This document shows, piece after piece, positions 1 to 8,884 of a DNA stretch of 64,000 nucleotides. The notes under the pieces were generated by a model. That model saw only the letters and a program-made list of their open reading frames with translations, searched no databases and was not told the origin of the DNA. The position numbers were made by a program, and so were the translations under genes. The stretch lies in the NCBI GenBank assembly GCA_965116475.1, contig OZ220691.1, positions 1,664,001 through 1,728,000 on the forward strand, in the 5' to 3' direction. This DNA comes from Gemmatimonadota bacterium. Its GTDB lineage: Bacteria > Gemmatimonadota > Gemmatimonadetes > Palauibacterales > Palauibacteraceae. The number at the start of each line of letters is the position of its first letter. Positions within the stretch are counted from its first letter, which is position 1.

Positions 1-44
1 GCGCGCGAACCCGGTGCAAGGCGTGTAACGCCGAACTTCGCAAG

Positions 45-959
45 CTACCGGCGTTCACGGCCGGTGACGAGCGGGAGATCCTCCCGCCGGCCCCAGTCGT
101 TCCACGAGGCGTCGTAGAACTTCGTTTCGTAGCCAAGATACCGTGAAATCATGTAGGTGTAGCTCGCGCGCATGCCGATAAGGCAGTAGCTGACGACGAC
201 GCCGTCCTGCTTCGCCCCCGCCTCCTCGAAGCGCGCCTCGACCTCGGCGAGGTCGATCAGCGTGGGGATGTCCTCACGCGTGAGATCCTGCCAGTAGAGG
301 TTGTAGGCGCCGGGAATGTGCCCGCCGCGCAGGAAGTCCCGACCGGGCCGCTCGCCCGTGTACTCGTTCTCCGGCCGGGCGTCGATGAGCGTCACGTCGG
401 GGTCGTCGAGACGGTCGTGGATCCACTCCGCCGTCACGATCATGTCTTCCCGCACGTCCGCCTCGAAATCGCCGCGGGTCGGCGGCGCCGGCTCGGCGGC
501 GACTTCGCCTCCCGCCGCCTTCCACGCCGCCAACCCTCCATCGAGCACCGAGGTGCGGTCGCCGTGGCCCAGGTAGTCGAGCGTCATGAAGACGCGGGCC
601 GCGTGGAGGCCCGGATCCCCGACCACGACCACGTGGCTGTCGTTGGAGACGCCCGCGGCGCGGAAGGCCTCGACGAGATCCTCGTCCGGCGCGAGTTCGG
701 TGATGAGATCGTTCCGCTCGACGGCGATGTCGTGATACTCGAGGAAGTGCGCCCCCCGGACGTACTCCTCCAGCGGCGCCATCCGGCCCATCCCGACATG
801 CAGCACGACGACATCAGGGTCGTCGCGGTGCTCCACGAGCCAGCCGCCGCTCACAAGAATGCCCGGATTCGCCTGCGCCGCGCCGGCCTGAACCGAACCG
901 GCCAGCGCCGCCAGCCAGATCGTAAGGGCCACTGCTGGTCGTATGGGGACTCGTCGCAT
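45..959 (-). CDS. Secreted tandem-domain rhodanese/sulfurtransferase (SseA/MST-like)
   Basis: Two rhodanese domains: SVLDGGLAAW, LIDARP..EYTG, GHIPGA, active-site loop YCLIGMRA, YDASWNDW. Signal peptide follows ATG 959 (MRRVPIRPAVALT..AGA). Confidence 0.85.
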   Translation of the reverse strand: MRRVPIRPAVALTIWLAALAGSVQAGAAQANPGILVSGGWLVEHRDDPDVVVLHVGMGRMAPLEEYVRGAHFLEYHDIAVERNDLITELAPDEDLVEAFRAAGVSNDSHVVVVGDPGLHAARVFMTLDYLGHGDRTSVLDGGLAAWKAAGGEVAAEPAPPTRGDFEADVREDMIVTAEWIHDRLDDPDVTLIDARPENEYTGERPGRDFLRGGHIPGAYNLYWQDLTREDIPTLIDLAEVEARFEEAGAKQDGVVVSYCLIGMRASYTYMISRYLGYETKFYDASWNDWGRREDLPLVTGRERR

Positions 960-1044
960 GAGGATATCTCCGGAACTCGTCATTGGTGGTCTCTTCGCTC
1001 CTGTTCGACTCGCTTTCTGCGCGGAGTGAGCATATCTCAGCCGG

Positions 1045-2799
1045 ATGGAGTTTCGAAACCGGGAAGGGAACGAGGAGTACGCGTTCTCCCTCCCGCGCCG
1101 GAATCGCGCGCCCGGGACGAGCGCCTTCGTGCGGGCGAAGGACGAGGCGTCGAAGATCGAGTACTGTTTGCGCTCGATCCTCCCCGTCTTCGACGAGATC
1201 CACGTCATCGACAACGGCAGCCGGGACGACACGAGCCGGATCGCGCGGCGGGTGCGGGAGTCCGTCGCTGAGGGCGGCAAGCTTCGGGTTCATTCGTATC
1301 CCTTCCGGGTGGGGCGGTTCGGGCCCGAGCACGACGAAACCCCCGCCGACTCGCTGCGCTCTCTCGTCTACTTCACGAACTGGGCGCTGTCGCGCTGCAC
1401 GCGGCGCTATGCCTGCAAGTGGGACGCGGACATGGTGCTTGCGGGCGAACAACGGGATGCCTTCGCGGGCCTGGTCGCAGGACTCGACCGTGGGTGGCCC
1501 GCCGCCTGGTCGCTCGCCGGGCAGACGGTGTACCGGACGCCGGACGGGTCGTTTCTGGCCCCTCGGGGAGAGGTGAACCGGGAGGTGCGGATCGCCCCCT
1601 TCGGTTACCCGGCCAGGTTCCACAAGCGGGAGCACTGGGAGCAGCTCATCCGACCCCGCTGGCTCCGCACGCGCCACTTCGCACCCGTCTGTTTCCATGA
1701 GTTGAAGTTTCTGGACGAGGAGGAGTTCGATCACTGGTCGACGACGGAGTTCCCCTCGCCCCGCAAGCGACGGGAATGGGCCTCGTTTCAGCGCCTGCGT
1801 GAAGGTCGGCGGGCCGGCGCGGTCCATCGCCTGCCCGCGACGTTCCTAGATGACCAGGTCGGGCCCGCGGAGCCGCACGGGTCGGGCAGGGAACGACCTG
1901 GCGGCTCCCCGGGCGGCGAGCGTCCGGCCGACGGGCGCTCGGCACGCAGGCGCACGCTGTCGCGCCGGATGCCGCGTTTCCTGGGGATCGGCGCCACGCG
2001 CGCGGGCACGAGTTGGGTGGCGGCGCAGCTTGCCGCCCACCCGCAGATCCGGATGGGCCGCAAGGAGATCCACTTCTTCGACCGCAAGCTCCGAGCGCCG
2101 GCCGCGAGCGGATCCGCGCGGGATCGAATCGACCGGCTCCGCTATCTCGCCCGCTTCGTTTGCGCCCGGGGGGGCACCAGGCGGGGCACCGGGGGGGGCG
2201 GTCCGCGGGGCACCGGGGGGGGCGGTCCGCGGGGCACCGGGGGGGGCGGTCCGCGAGGTACCCTGCGGGGTGGCCGGATCCGGGGCGAAGTCACGCCCGC
2301 GTACGCGATTCTCGAGCCGGCGGTCATCCGTCGCGTGGCCGAGTGGATGCCCGACGCGAGGCTCATCTTCATGATGCGCGACCCGATCGAGCGCGCGTGG
2401 TCGCAGGCGCGGAACGGGTTTCCGCGCTGGCGGGGCAAGCCGTTGGAGTCCGTGGGCCGCGACGAACTCATCGCCTACTTCGACAGCGACCCGGTCCGGC
2501 GGCGCAGCGACTACGCGACCTGCCTGCGCGCGTGGTTCGAGCATTTCCCGCACGGGCAGTTCTTCTTCGGTTTCCTGGACGAGATCCGGGATCGCCCCGC
2601 AGACCTGATGCGCGATCTCCTGGGATTCCTCGAGGCGGGGCTCGTCGAGACGGACGCGGAGTCGCTGGAGAAGCCGGTGAACGCTTCGGATCCCCTCCCC
2701 ATGCCGGACTGGGTGCGCGACCACCTCGAACGGGAGTACGCGTTCGACGCGGACGAAGTCTCGGAACTCATCGGACGGCAGGTCCCGTGGTCCCGGTGA
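1045..2799 (+). CDS. Fusion of a GT-A/GT2 glycosyltransferase (N-term) and a PAPS-dependent sulfotransferase (C-term)
   Basis: N-term SAFVRAKDE, IDNGSRDDT, KWDAD (DxD). C-term FLGIGATRAGTSW (5'-PSB loop), KEIHFFD, EVTPAY, MMRDPIERAWSQ (3'-PB). One uninterrupted ORF with a low-complexity linker. Confidence 0.8.
   Translation: MEFRNREGNEEYAFSLPRRNRAPGTSAFVRAKDEASKIEYCLRSILPVFDEIHVIDNGSRDDTSRIARRVRESVAEGGKLRVHSYPFRVGRFGPEHDETPADSLRSLVYFTNWALSRCTRRYACKWDADMVLAGEQRDAFAGLVAGLDRGWPAAWSLAGQTVYRTPDGSFLAPRGEVNREVRIAPFGYPARFHKREHWEQLIRPRWLRTRHFAPVCFHELKFLDEEEFDHWSTTEFPSPRKRREWASFQRLREGRRAGAVHRLPATFLDDQVGPAEPHGSGRERPGGSPGGERPADGRSARRRTLSRRMPRFLGIGATRAGTSWVAAQLAAHPQIRMGRKEIHFFDRKLRAPAASGSARDRIDRLRYLARFVCARGGTRRGTGGGGPRGTGGGGPRGTGGGGPRGTLRGGRIRGEVTPAYAILEPAVIRRVAEWMPDARLIFMMRDPIERAWSQARNGFPRWRGKPLESVGRDELIAYFDSDPVRRRSDYATCLRAWFEHFPHGQFFFGFLDEIRDRPADLMRDLLGFLEAGLVETDAESLEKPVNASDPLPMPDWVRDHLEREYAFDADEVSELIGRQVPWSR
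2185..2256 (+). repeat. Three 24-bp tandem repeats GGCACCGGGGGGGGCGGTCCGCG(G/A), each with a G8 tract, encoding (GTGGGGPR)3
   Basis: Read directly from the sequence; an extra G7 run lies at 2168-2174. Confidence 0.95.
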
Positions 2800-3746
2800 A
2801 GCGGCCGCCGAGGCTCGACCCGCCACGGGTTCGGCGCCGCCCGGCCCCGGCCTTCAAGCGGTGGTTCGGTCGCGGCAAGCGGGCGGTCGGCTACTACCGG
2901 CTGCGCGACGGGCTTCGGAGCCGGCTCCGTGAGCCCGGGTTTCGCCGGGCCCTGCGGCCCACCGACGTCTTCCTGGTCGGCCATCCGAAATCGGGGAATA
3001 CCTGGCTCGCGTACATGCTGGCCGTGTTTCTGTCGGACGACCGCGACGGGGACGTGAACCTGTACAACGTCGGGGACCACGTGCCGTTCGTGCACGGCCG
3101 CGACCATGAGATCGCCGCCTGGGGCCACCTCCCGGACCCCCGGGTGTTCCGGAACGAGTATCCCCGCCATCCGCACCGCTATCCGGGAACCCTCTATCTC
3201 GTGCGCGACCCGCGCGCGGTCCTGATCTCCTTCTGGCACATGTTCGCGACGATGTTCGACGATCGTGAGGTGACGCTCTCGAGGTTCGTGAACGGATACC
3301 TGTCCGGCCGCGCTCCGTTCGACACCTGGCACCGGCACCTGACGCGGTGGGATCGGCAGGTCACGGCCGCGCTCCGGCGCGCGGAGGACGGCGAGCGCAT
3401 CTGCATCGTGCGCTACGAGGACCTTGTCTCCGACCGCGAGGCGACCCTCCGCCGCGTGGCGCATTTCATCGGAGCCCTTCCTGCGGGTGACGTACCTGCG
3501 GGAGACGTTCCCGCGGGAACGTCCGCGCGGCTTTCGCGGGCGGTGGCGCGCGGGTCGTTCGAGGCCATGCGAGATCTTGAGGGGCGCCACGGCGCGGAGG
3601 CCTACGCCGGGCGGGCCCGCGGGGAGGGACGGTTCATTCGCCGGGGACGGGCGGAGGGTTGGAAGGATGAGATGGAGCCCGCGGACGCGGCTCGGATCGA
3701 AGCCGCCTTCGGCCCCGTCATGGAGCGCGCGGGATACCTGGCGTGA
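2796..3746 (+). CDS. Sulfotransferase (Sulfotransfer_1-like)
   Basis: DVFLVGHPKSGNTWL, LVRDPRAV, IVRYEDL, SFEAM, FIRRG..GWK. GTG 2796 overlaps the upstream TGA (GTGA). Confidence 0.85.
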   Translation: MKRPPRLDPPRVRRRPAPAFKRWFGRGKRAVGYYRLRDGLRSRLREPGFRRALRPTDVFLVGHPKSGNTWLAYMLAVFLSDDRDGDVNLYNVGDHVPFVHGRDHEIAAWGHLPDPRVFRNEYPRHPHRYPGTLYLVRDPRAVLISFWHMFATMFDDREVTLSRFVNGYLSGRAPFDTWHRHLTRWDRQVTAALRRAEDGERICIVRYEDLVSDREATLRRVAHFIGALPAGDVPAGDVPAGTSARLSRAVARGSFEAMRDLEGRHGAEAYAGRARGEGRFIRRGRAEGWKDEMEPADAARIEAAFGPVMERAGYLA

Positions 3747-4561
3747 AGGCGCACGGAGGCCCCGGTATCGCGGTCATCGTCTCGACCTACGACCGGCCCG
3801 ACGCCCTCGATGCGGTGCTGCGGAGTCTCACCGAACAGACGTACCGCGGCTTCGAGATCGTCGTGGCAGACGACGGCTCCGGCCCGGATACGCGCGAGCT
3901 CGTCGAACGGTACATGGAGGCATCCGGCCTCGATCTGCGGCACGTCCGGCAGGAGGACCGGGGGTATCGACTGGCCGCGATCCGCAACCGCGCCGCCGCC
4001 GCGACCGAACAGCCGTACCTGATCTTTCTCGACGGTGACTGTCTCGTGCGGCCGGACTTTGTCGAGAGGCACGCCGCGCTCGCCGAGCCGGGGCATTTCG
4101 TCCACGGCAGCCGGGTGAGGCTCGACCCGGGACTCTCGCGGTTCGCGATCGCGCAGGTCCCGCCGACCATCGAACGCTGGGGCGCCGCCCGCTGGCTCGG
4201 CGAGTGGCTCCGGGGGCGCGTGGACCGCTTCACGCCGCTGCTGCGCGTGCCGCTGGGGCCTCTGCGGCGCGTGTCACCGCGGCGGTGGCACGGGGTCAAG
4301 GGGTGCAATCTCGCCCTGTGGCGTTCGGACCTCCTCGCGGTGAACGGGTTCGACGAAGGCTTCGCGGGGTGGGGGTTCGAGGACAACGACCTCGTCGTCC
4401 GCCTCATCCGGAACGGCGTGCGACGCAAGGAGGGACGCTACGCGGTCCCGGTGCTGCACCTCTGGCACGAGACGCGCCCGCCCGACCCGGCGAGCCGCGA
4501 GCGCCTCGAACGCCGTCTCCGCTCCGACACCATCCGCGCCGAGCGGGGAATCGACGGCTAG
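3743..4561 (+). CDS. Glycosyltransferase family 2 with galactosyltransferase-like C-terminal motif
   Basis: VIVSTYDRP, VADDGS, FLDGDC, VNGFDEGFAGWGFEDNDL. GTGA overlap with the upstream gene. Confidence 0.85.
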   Translation: MKAHGGPGIAVIVSTYDRPDALDAVLRSLTEQTYRGFEIVVADDGSGPDTRELVERYMEASGLDLRHVRQEDRGYRLAAIRNRAAAATEQPYLIFLDGDCLVRPDFVERHAALAEPGHFVHGSRVRLDPGLSRFAIAQVPPTIERWGAARWLGEWLRGRVDRFTPLLRVPLGPLRRVSPRRWHGVKGCNLALWRSDLLAVNGFDEGFAGWGFEDNDLVVRLIRNGVRRKEGRYAVPVLHLWHETRPPDPASRERLERRLRSDTIRAERGIDG

Positions 4562-5442
4562 CGGTCCGTGCCGGAACTCCGCGGTCGCGGGCCCTTCCGA
4601 ATCCCGTGCTCCGTCCAGTCGCGCCCGCGCCCAAGACCCGGAAAGATACGGAGCGGCCGGGGCACGCCACGGGTCTTGGCGCGCAGCCGTTCGTTCCTCG
4701 CCTGCGCTTCGGGGTCGAGCCAGGGCCGGTCGTGCTCCACATGCGCGCACACCGCCCGATGCCGGGCCTGGAGGGGGCGAATCCCGGCGTTGCGGAGCCG
4801 CTCGCCGAGTTCGCGGTCTTCGACCGGATACGTCATGCGCTCGTCGAAGCCGTTCACGCGCAGGAGGTCGGTCTTCCAGGCCGATGCGTTGTGCCCGTTC
4901 CACGTCGCCCGCGTCGTCGTCAGGCGATCGAGCCACGCGGCGCGGCCCGGTGAGCGGGTGAGCTTGCTCCGGTCCCGTCTCCGGCTCAGCGCTCCCGTTC
5001 TGTCGAGCCACGGCGACTCGAACAGCGAGCCATCGACCACATCCTCTGTCTCGATCCGCGTGCCGGCCGCGCTCGCGAGGCGAACTCTCCCGCCCGAAAC
5101 GAAGAAATCCGGCCGGGCGAGCCGCGCGTGCGTATCCACGAAGTCATCGCGCGGGATGCAGTCGCCGTCGCTGAGGATGAGGTAGTCTCCGCGCGCCTCG
5201 GCGATCGCGCGGTTCAGGATGCGACACTTCCTGAACCCGTCGTCCTCCTGCCAGACGTGGGAGACCGCGAGACCGGTGACCCCCCGCAGGCGTTCGATCC
5301 GGTCACGCGTCTTCGACCCCGAGCCGTCGTCCGCCACGACCACCTCGAAATCAGCGCACGTCTGTACCGAATAGCCCCAGAGCGTGCGCTCCAACTCGTC
5401 CGGCGCGTTGTACGTGCTCAGGATGACGGAGATTGAAGTCAG
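4558..5442 (-). CDS. Glycosyltransferase family 2 (paralog of 3743..4561); start codon uncertain
   Basis: VADDGS, LSDGDC, VNGFDERM..VEDREL. The conserved SVILSTYN motif lies upstream of the first canonical start (TTG 5394), so the start is placed tentatively at CTG 5442. Confidence 0.75.
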   Translation of the reverse strand: MTSISVILSTYNAPDELERTLWGYSVQTCADFEVVVADDGSGSKTRDRIERLRGVTGLAVSHVWQEDDGFRKCRILNRAIAEARGDYLILSDGDCIPRDDFVDTHARLARPDFFVSGGRVRLASAAGTRIETEDVVDGSLFESPWLDRTGALSRRRDRSKLTRSPGRAAWLDRLTTTRATWNGHNASAWKTDLLRVNGFDERMTYPVEDRELGERLRNAGIRPLQARHRAVCAHVEHDRPWLDPEAQARNERLRAKTRGVPRPLRIFPGLGRGRDWTEHGIRKGPRPRSSGTDR

Positions 5443-5451
5443 GGTGGAGAT

Positions 5452-5748
5452 CTAGTGCCGCGTCTTGGGCGGCTTCCGGGAGCGCATGGAACCCTCGAAC
5501 AATCCCTCGAGGCGAGCCACGCGCTCGGTGAGCTTCGTCTCCAGAGTTGTCATCCGTTCGGTGAGCTTGGTCTCCAGAGTTGCCATCCGCTCGGTGAGCC
5601 GGGTCTCCTGGGCGGACATCCGCTCGGTGATTTCCGAGAGCCGGACTTCCATTTGCTGCATGTCGCGCCGCATTCCGCGCATGCCCGGAACCAGCACGCT
5701 GGCCAGCGCGATGGCGGCTGCAATGATCGCGATCATCTCGCCGCTCAT
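5452..5748 (-). CDS. Small membrane-anchored coiled-coil protein with 11-residue repeats
   Basis: Hydrophobic N-terminus, then SAQETRLTERM/ATLETKLTERM/TTLETKLTERV. AAGGAG RBS upstream. Confidence 0.7.
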   Translation of the reverse strand: MSGEMIAIIAAAIALASVLVPGMRGMRRDMQQMEVRLSEITERMSAQETRLTERMATLETKLTERMTTLETKLTERVARLEGLFEGSMRSRKPPKTRH

Positions 5749-5882
5749 GCGGCGCTCCTTCTGGGCAACGATACCTCCCGGGTCGACACTTGGAACGTAC
5801 GCCGCAGGGCCGCGGCGAGCGAGTAAAACCGTATTCTCCGCGCCTGCGTCAACTCGCTGTCAACACGGGGGATCCAGCCCCC

Positions 5883-8693
5883 CTACGGTCGTTCGGGCTC
5901 CGCCGTGGAGAGGGCGATCGCGTTGAAGAGGAACTTGAAGGTGCCGTGCGGTTGCGCGCGCCGCGTGATGAGCGGGCCGAACAGGTACAGATGCCCGTTG
6001 CCCACCTTCGCTTCCGCCATCGTCACGCCGCCCTGGAGGTACTCCTGGCCCCACGCCCAGCCGCTGATGAGGGACTTGTCGCTCTCGAACCAGGCGAGCG
6101 GCGTCACCCCGTTCGCCCCGTCGTTCCTCGCCGCCAGCGCCGATGCGCCGAACACGGGGCTGTTGTTGAACGACACGGCAAGCGTCGACGGAACCCCCGT
6201 GGCGACGAGCCGCGAGTTGTCCACCGTGAGTTCGAGGATCGACCCGGGCACGTAGTAGTCCTCCCGGCCCAGCGGCTCTCCGTCCTTGACCAGATGGTCC
6301 TCGAGCGGGAGGCCGAGTTCGTTCCCCAGGGCCGTCGAACCGCCGATGGTGACGATCGAGCCGCCGTCCTCGAGGAACTCGACCAGCGCCGGCAGCGTCG
6401 CATCGGAGGTGACGCGGCCGAGCCGGTCCCGGTACTCCTCGGGAATCGTCTCCGGATCCGGCGAGCCGCCCCCCCCGAACTGGAAGCGCGAACCGATGGC
6501 GCCCTGCGGGAAGATGATGACGTCGTAGTCGTCGCTCAGGTCTCCCGCGTCGAGCCGCTGCGGGAAGACGAGTTCGAAGTCCGCGTACTCGAACTGCTCG
6601 AGGATCCAGCGGATCCAGCCGGACGGCATGGAGCCCCCGTACGTGTCCCAGAGCGCGATCCGCGGCGCCCGCAGGCGCAGGGCGTCCGCATCCGGATCGT
6701 TATCCAGACCCCGAAAGTCGATCCCCAGTTCGGCGGCCAGCGCCGCGACCGCGTCCGTCGTTCCGCGGCGGCTCTTCACGTAGAACGTGCCGGCCGGATG
6801 CATCCGTCCGCCCTCCCGCACCGGCGAGGTGAGCCAGTAGACCTCGTGTCCCGAAGCCTGCAGTCGGTTGATCGCCGTGAACGCGTCGTTCGCCTCGTGA
6901 TCGAACAGGAAGCCGTCCGCTCCGTCCGCGTCCGCGACCGTCCCCGGCATGGGGCTCGCGTTCCACTCCACGATCTCCTCGAACGGTCCGTCGAAGCCCT
7001 CCAGGATGCGGTCGAACTCCACCCCCATCTGGATCGCGAGCGTCCACCCCGCGTTGTCGTACGGCGGCGTCGGGGATGCCCCGGGATAGAGGAAGTCGTC
7101 CGGGTGGTCCTGCGGCTCGAACATGTCGAGGACGTGCGGCCGGAAGGCCTGCGCGGCCCGCACCACGTAGGAGCCCGCGGGATACTCCTTCCCCCCGATC
7201 CCCCCGACGCTGAAGTCGGATGTCGCCCGCTCCACGATCACGCCGCTCTCGAGCAGCGTGTTGACGAACTTCGTCGCGGTCGGGAAGTCGGCCTGGTCCG
7301 ACGGGAGGATGTACCCGCGGGGATCGCGCAGATCGGGCTCGAACAGCCGGTCGTACTCCGCGCGCGTACCGCGGCTGCCGCCGAAGCCGCCCACGTTCCG
7401 CGCGAAGTCGGTCTCCGCCGCCCCGGCGCGCATTTCCTCGCGCAGCCACTCCACGCGCCTGGGGTGGATCGTCCAGCTGTCCTTGCTGCCGCGCTCGATC
7501 GAGTTCATCCCCATGCGCCAGATGCGGTACAGGAACGTCTCGCGGTAGCGGGAGGCGACGTCGAGCACCGCCTTGTTCGCGGTGACGGAATAGTCGACCG
7601 ACTGCCGGAAGTGCCACGGCTGCGGCTCGATCGGGGCGGGCAGATTGTCGTTTGGCAGCACCCGTTCGAGGATGAGCGGGATCTCCATCGGGGTCGGGTG
7701 CCCGATCGTCTCCGTGAGGAGCCCGATCATGTTCTTGAAGTAGGGCGTCGTGCGCAGGCCGCCGTTCCACCACGTGGAGTAGTTCGCCCCGCGCCGCCGC
7801 GTCGCCCCGGGCTTCCCCTCCTCCGTGAAACGCGAGTGCATGGCGGACCCGACGAGATCGATCCCGGTGATGACCATCGGGTCGATGTTGTAGTTGAACG
7901 GGTCGCGGAACGGGGGTGCGAAGAGCACGGTCCCGGTGGGTCCCGTCTGGTGGTGGTTGTAGACGATCTGCGGATACCACGTCCGGTACATCTGCCGGTT
8001 CATGTTCTCGGATTCCGGCTGGAAGGACGTGTAGAAGTCGCGGTTGTTGTCGTGCCCCACGTATTTCTGGTAGAGGACGGGGATGCCGCGCGTAGAGCGC
8101 TCCGTCTTCTCCTCGACGCGCGTGTACCAGTTCGAGACGAGGTCCATCCCGTCGGGGTTCGCGTGGACGAAGAGGATGATGACGTCGTCGAGGATCCGCA
8201 TCGTCTCGTCGTCGGTCCCGCTCACGAACTGCCACAGCGTCTCCATGAGCTGCTGCGCGCCCAGCACCTCCGTGGCGTGCAGGCCCCCGTCGATCCACAC
8301 GATGGCCTTGCCGCGCCGGGCCAGTGCTCGCGCTTCCTCTTCGGTCACGCCCCGCGCGAGCGCGAGACGGGCGGAAATCTCCCGGTATTCGTCGAGGTTC
8401 TCATGGTTCTCGGGCGAGGTGACGATCGCCATGAGCTGGTCTCGGCCCTCGGCCGTCGTCCCGATCGACTGCAGCGTCATGCGCGGCGACTCGGCGGCCA
8501 GCGTCTCCCAGTAGCGGGTGAGGTCGCCGTAGTCCGGCAGCTCGTAGTCGGCGCCGATCTCATGCCCGAAGAAGGCCTCGGGGGTCGTCAGCTCCTGCGC
8601 GAGGACCGGTCGCGCGGCCAGGACGCCGAGGATGATCGCGACGGCCGGCAGGGCGCGGCGGACCACGGTCCGGTGGGGGGCGAAGAACGACAT
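5883..8693 (-). CDS. Secreted M14 zinc carboxypeptidase family protein
   Basis: GGLHATE, HANPDG, GHDNNRD, YNHHQ. Signal peptide; AAGGAG RBS before ATG 8693. Confidence 0.85.
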   Translation of the reverse strand: MSFFAPHRTVVRRALPAVAIILGVLAARPVLAQELTTPEAFFGHEIGADYELPDYGDLTRYWETLAAESPRMTLQSIGTTAEGRDQLMAIVTSPENHENLDEYREISARLALARGVTEEEARALARRGKAIVWIDGGLHATEVLGAQQLMETLWQFVSGTDDETMRILDDVIILFVHANPDGMDLVSNWYTRVEEKTERSTRGIPVLYQKYVGHDNNRDFYTSFQPESENMNRQMYRTWYPQIVYNHHQTGPTGTVLFAPPFRDPFNYNIDPMVITGIDLVGSAMHSRFTEEGKPGATRRRGANYSTWWNGGLRTTPYFKNMIGLLTETIGHPTPMEIPLILERVLPNDNLPAPIEPQPWHFRQSVDYSVTANKAVLDVASRYRETFLYRIWRMGMNSIERGSKDSWTIHPRRVEWLREEMRAGAAETDFARNVGGFGGSRGTRAEYDRLFEPDLRDPRGYILPSDQADFPTATKFVNTLLESGVIVERATSDFSVGGIGGKEYPAGSYVVRAAQAFRPHVLDMFEPQDHPDDFLYPGASPTPPYDNAGWTLAIQMGVEFDRILEGFDGPFEEIVEWNASPMPGTVADADGADGFLFDHEANDAFTAINRLQASGHEVYWLTSPVREGGRMHPAGTFYVKSRRGTTDAVAALAAELGIDFRGLDNDPDADALRLRAPRIALWDTYGGSMPSGWIRWILEQFEYADFELVFPQRLDAGDLSDDYDVIIFPQGAIGSRFQFGGGGSPDPETIPEEYRDRLGRVTSDATLPALVEFLEDGGSIVTIGGSTALGNELGLPLEDHLVKDGEPLGREDYYVPGSILELTVDNSRLVATGVPSTLAVSFNNSPVFGASALAARNDGANGVTPLAWFESDKSLISGWAWGQEYLQGGVTMAEAKVGNGHLYLFGPLITRRAQPHGTFKFLFNAIALSTAEPERP

Positions 8694-8884
8694 GTGCGGA
8701 CTCTCCTTGCGCAGATCGTGTGCAGAGTTTCGGCGCCCATTATGGCGACGGCGTGCCCGGGAAGCCAAAGCACGCCGGCCCGGAAGCGCCGCCGCCCGCC
8801 GGCGAGCCCGAATCTCCGGGTTCGCGGCGGGCGGCTTCGGCTCGAGCCGGGTCAGCGCCTGGCGTCGGCGCTCCGGCAACCGCG

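Noticed and set aside
45..959. Rhodanese as sulfur donor for the adjacent sulfotransferases
   Set aside because: Rhodaneses transfer sulfane sulfur, whereas these sulfotransferases use PAPS. It is also divergently transcribed and exported.
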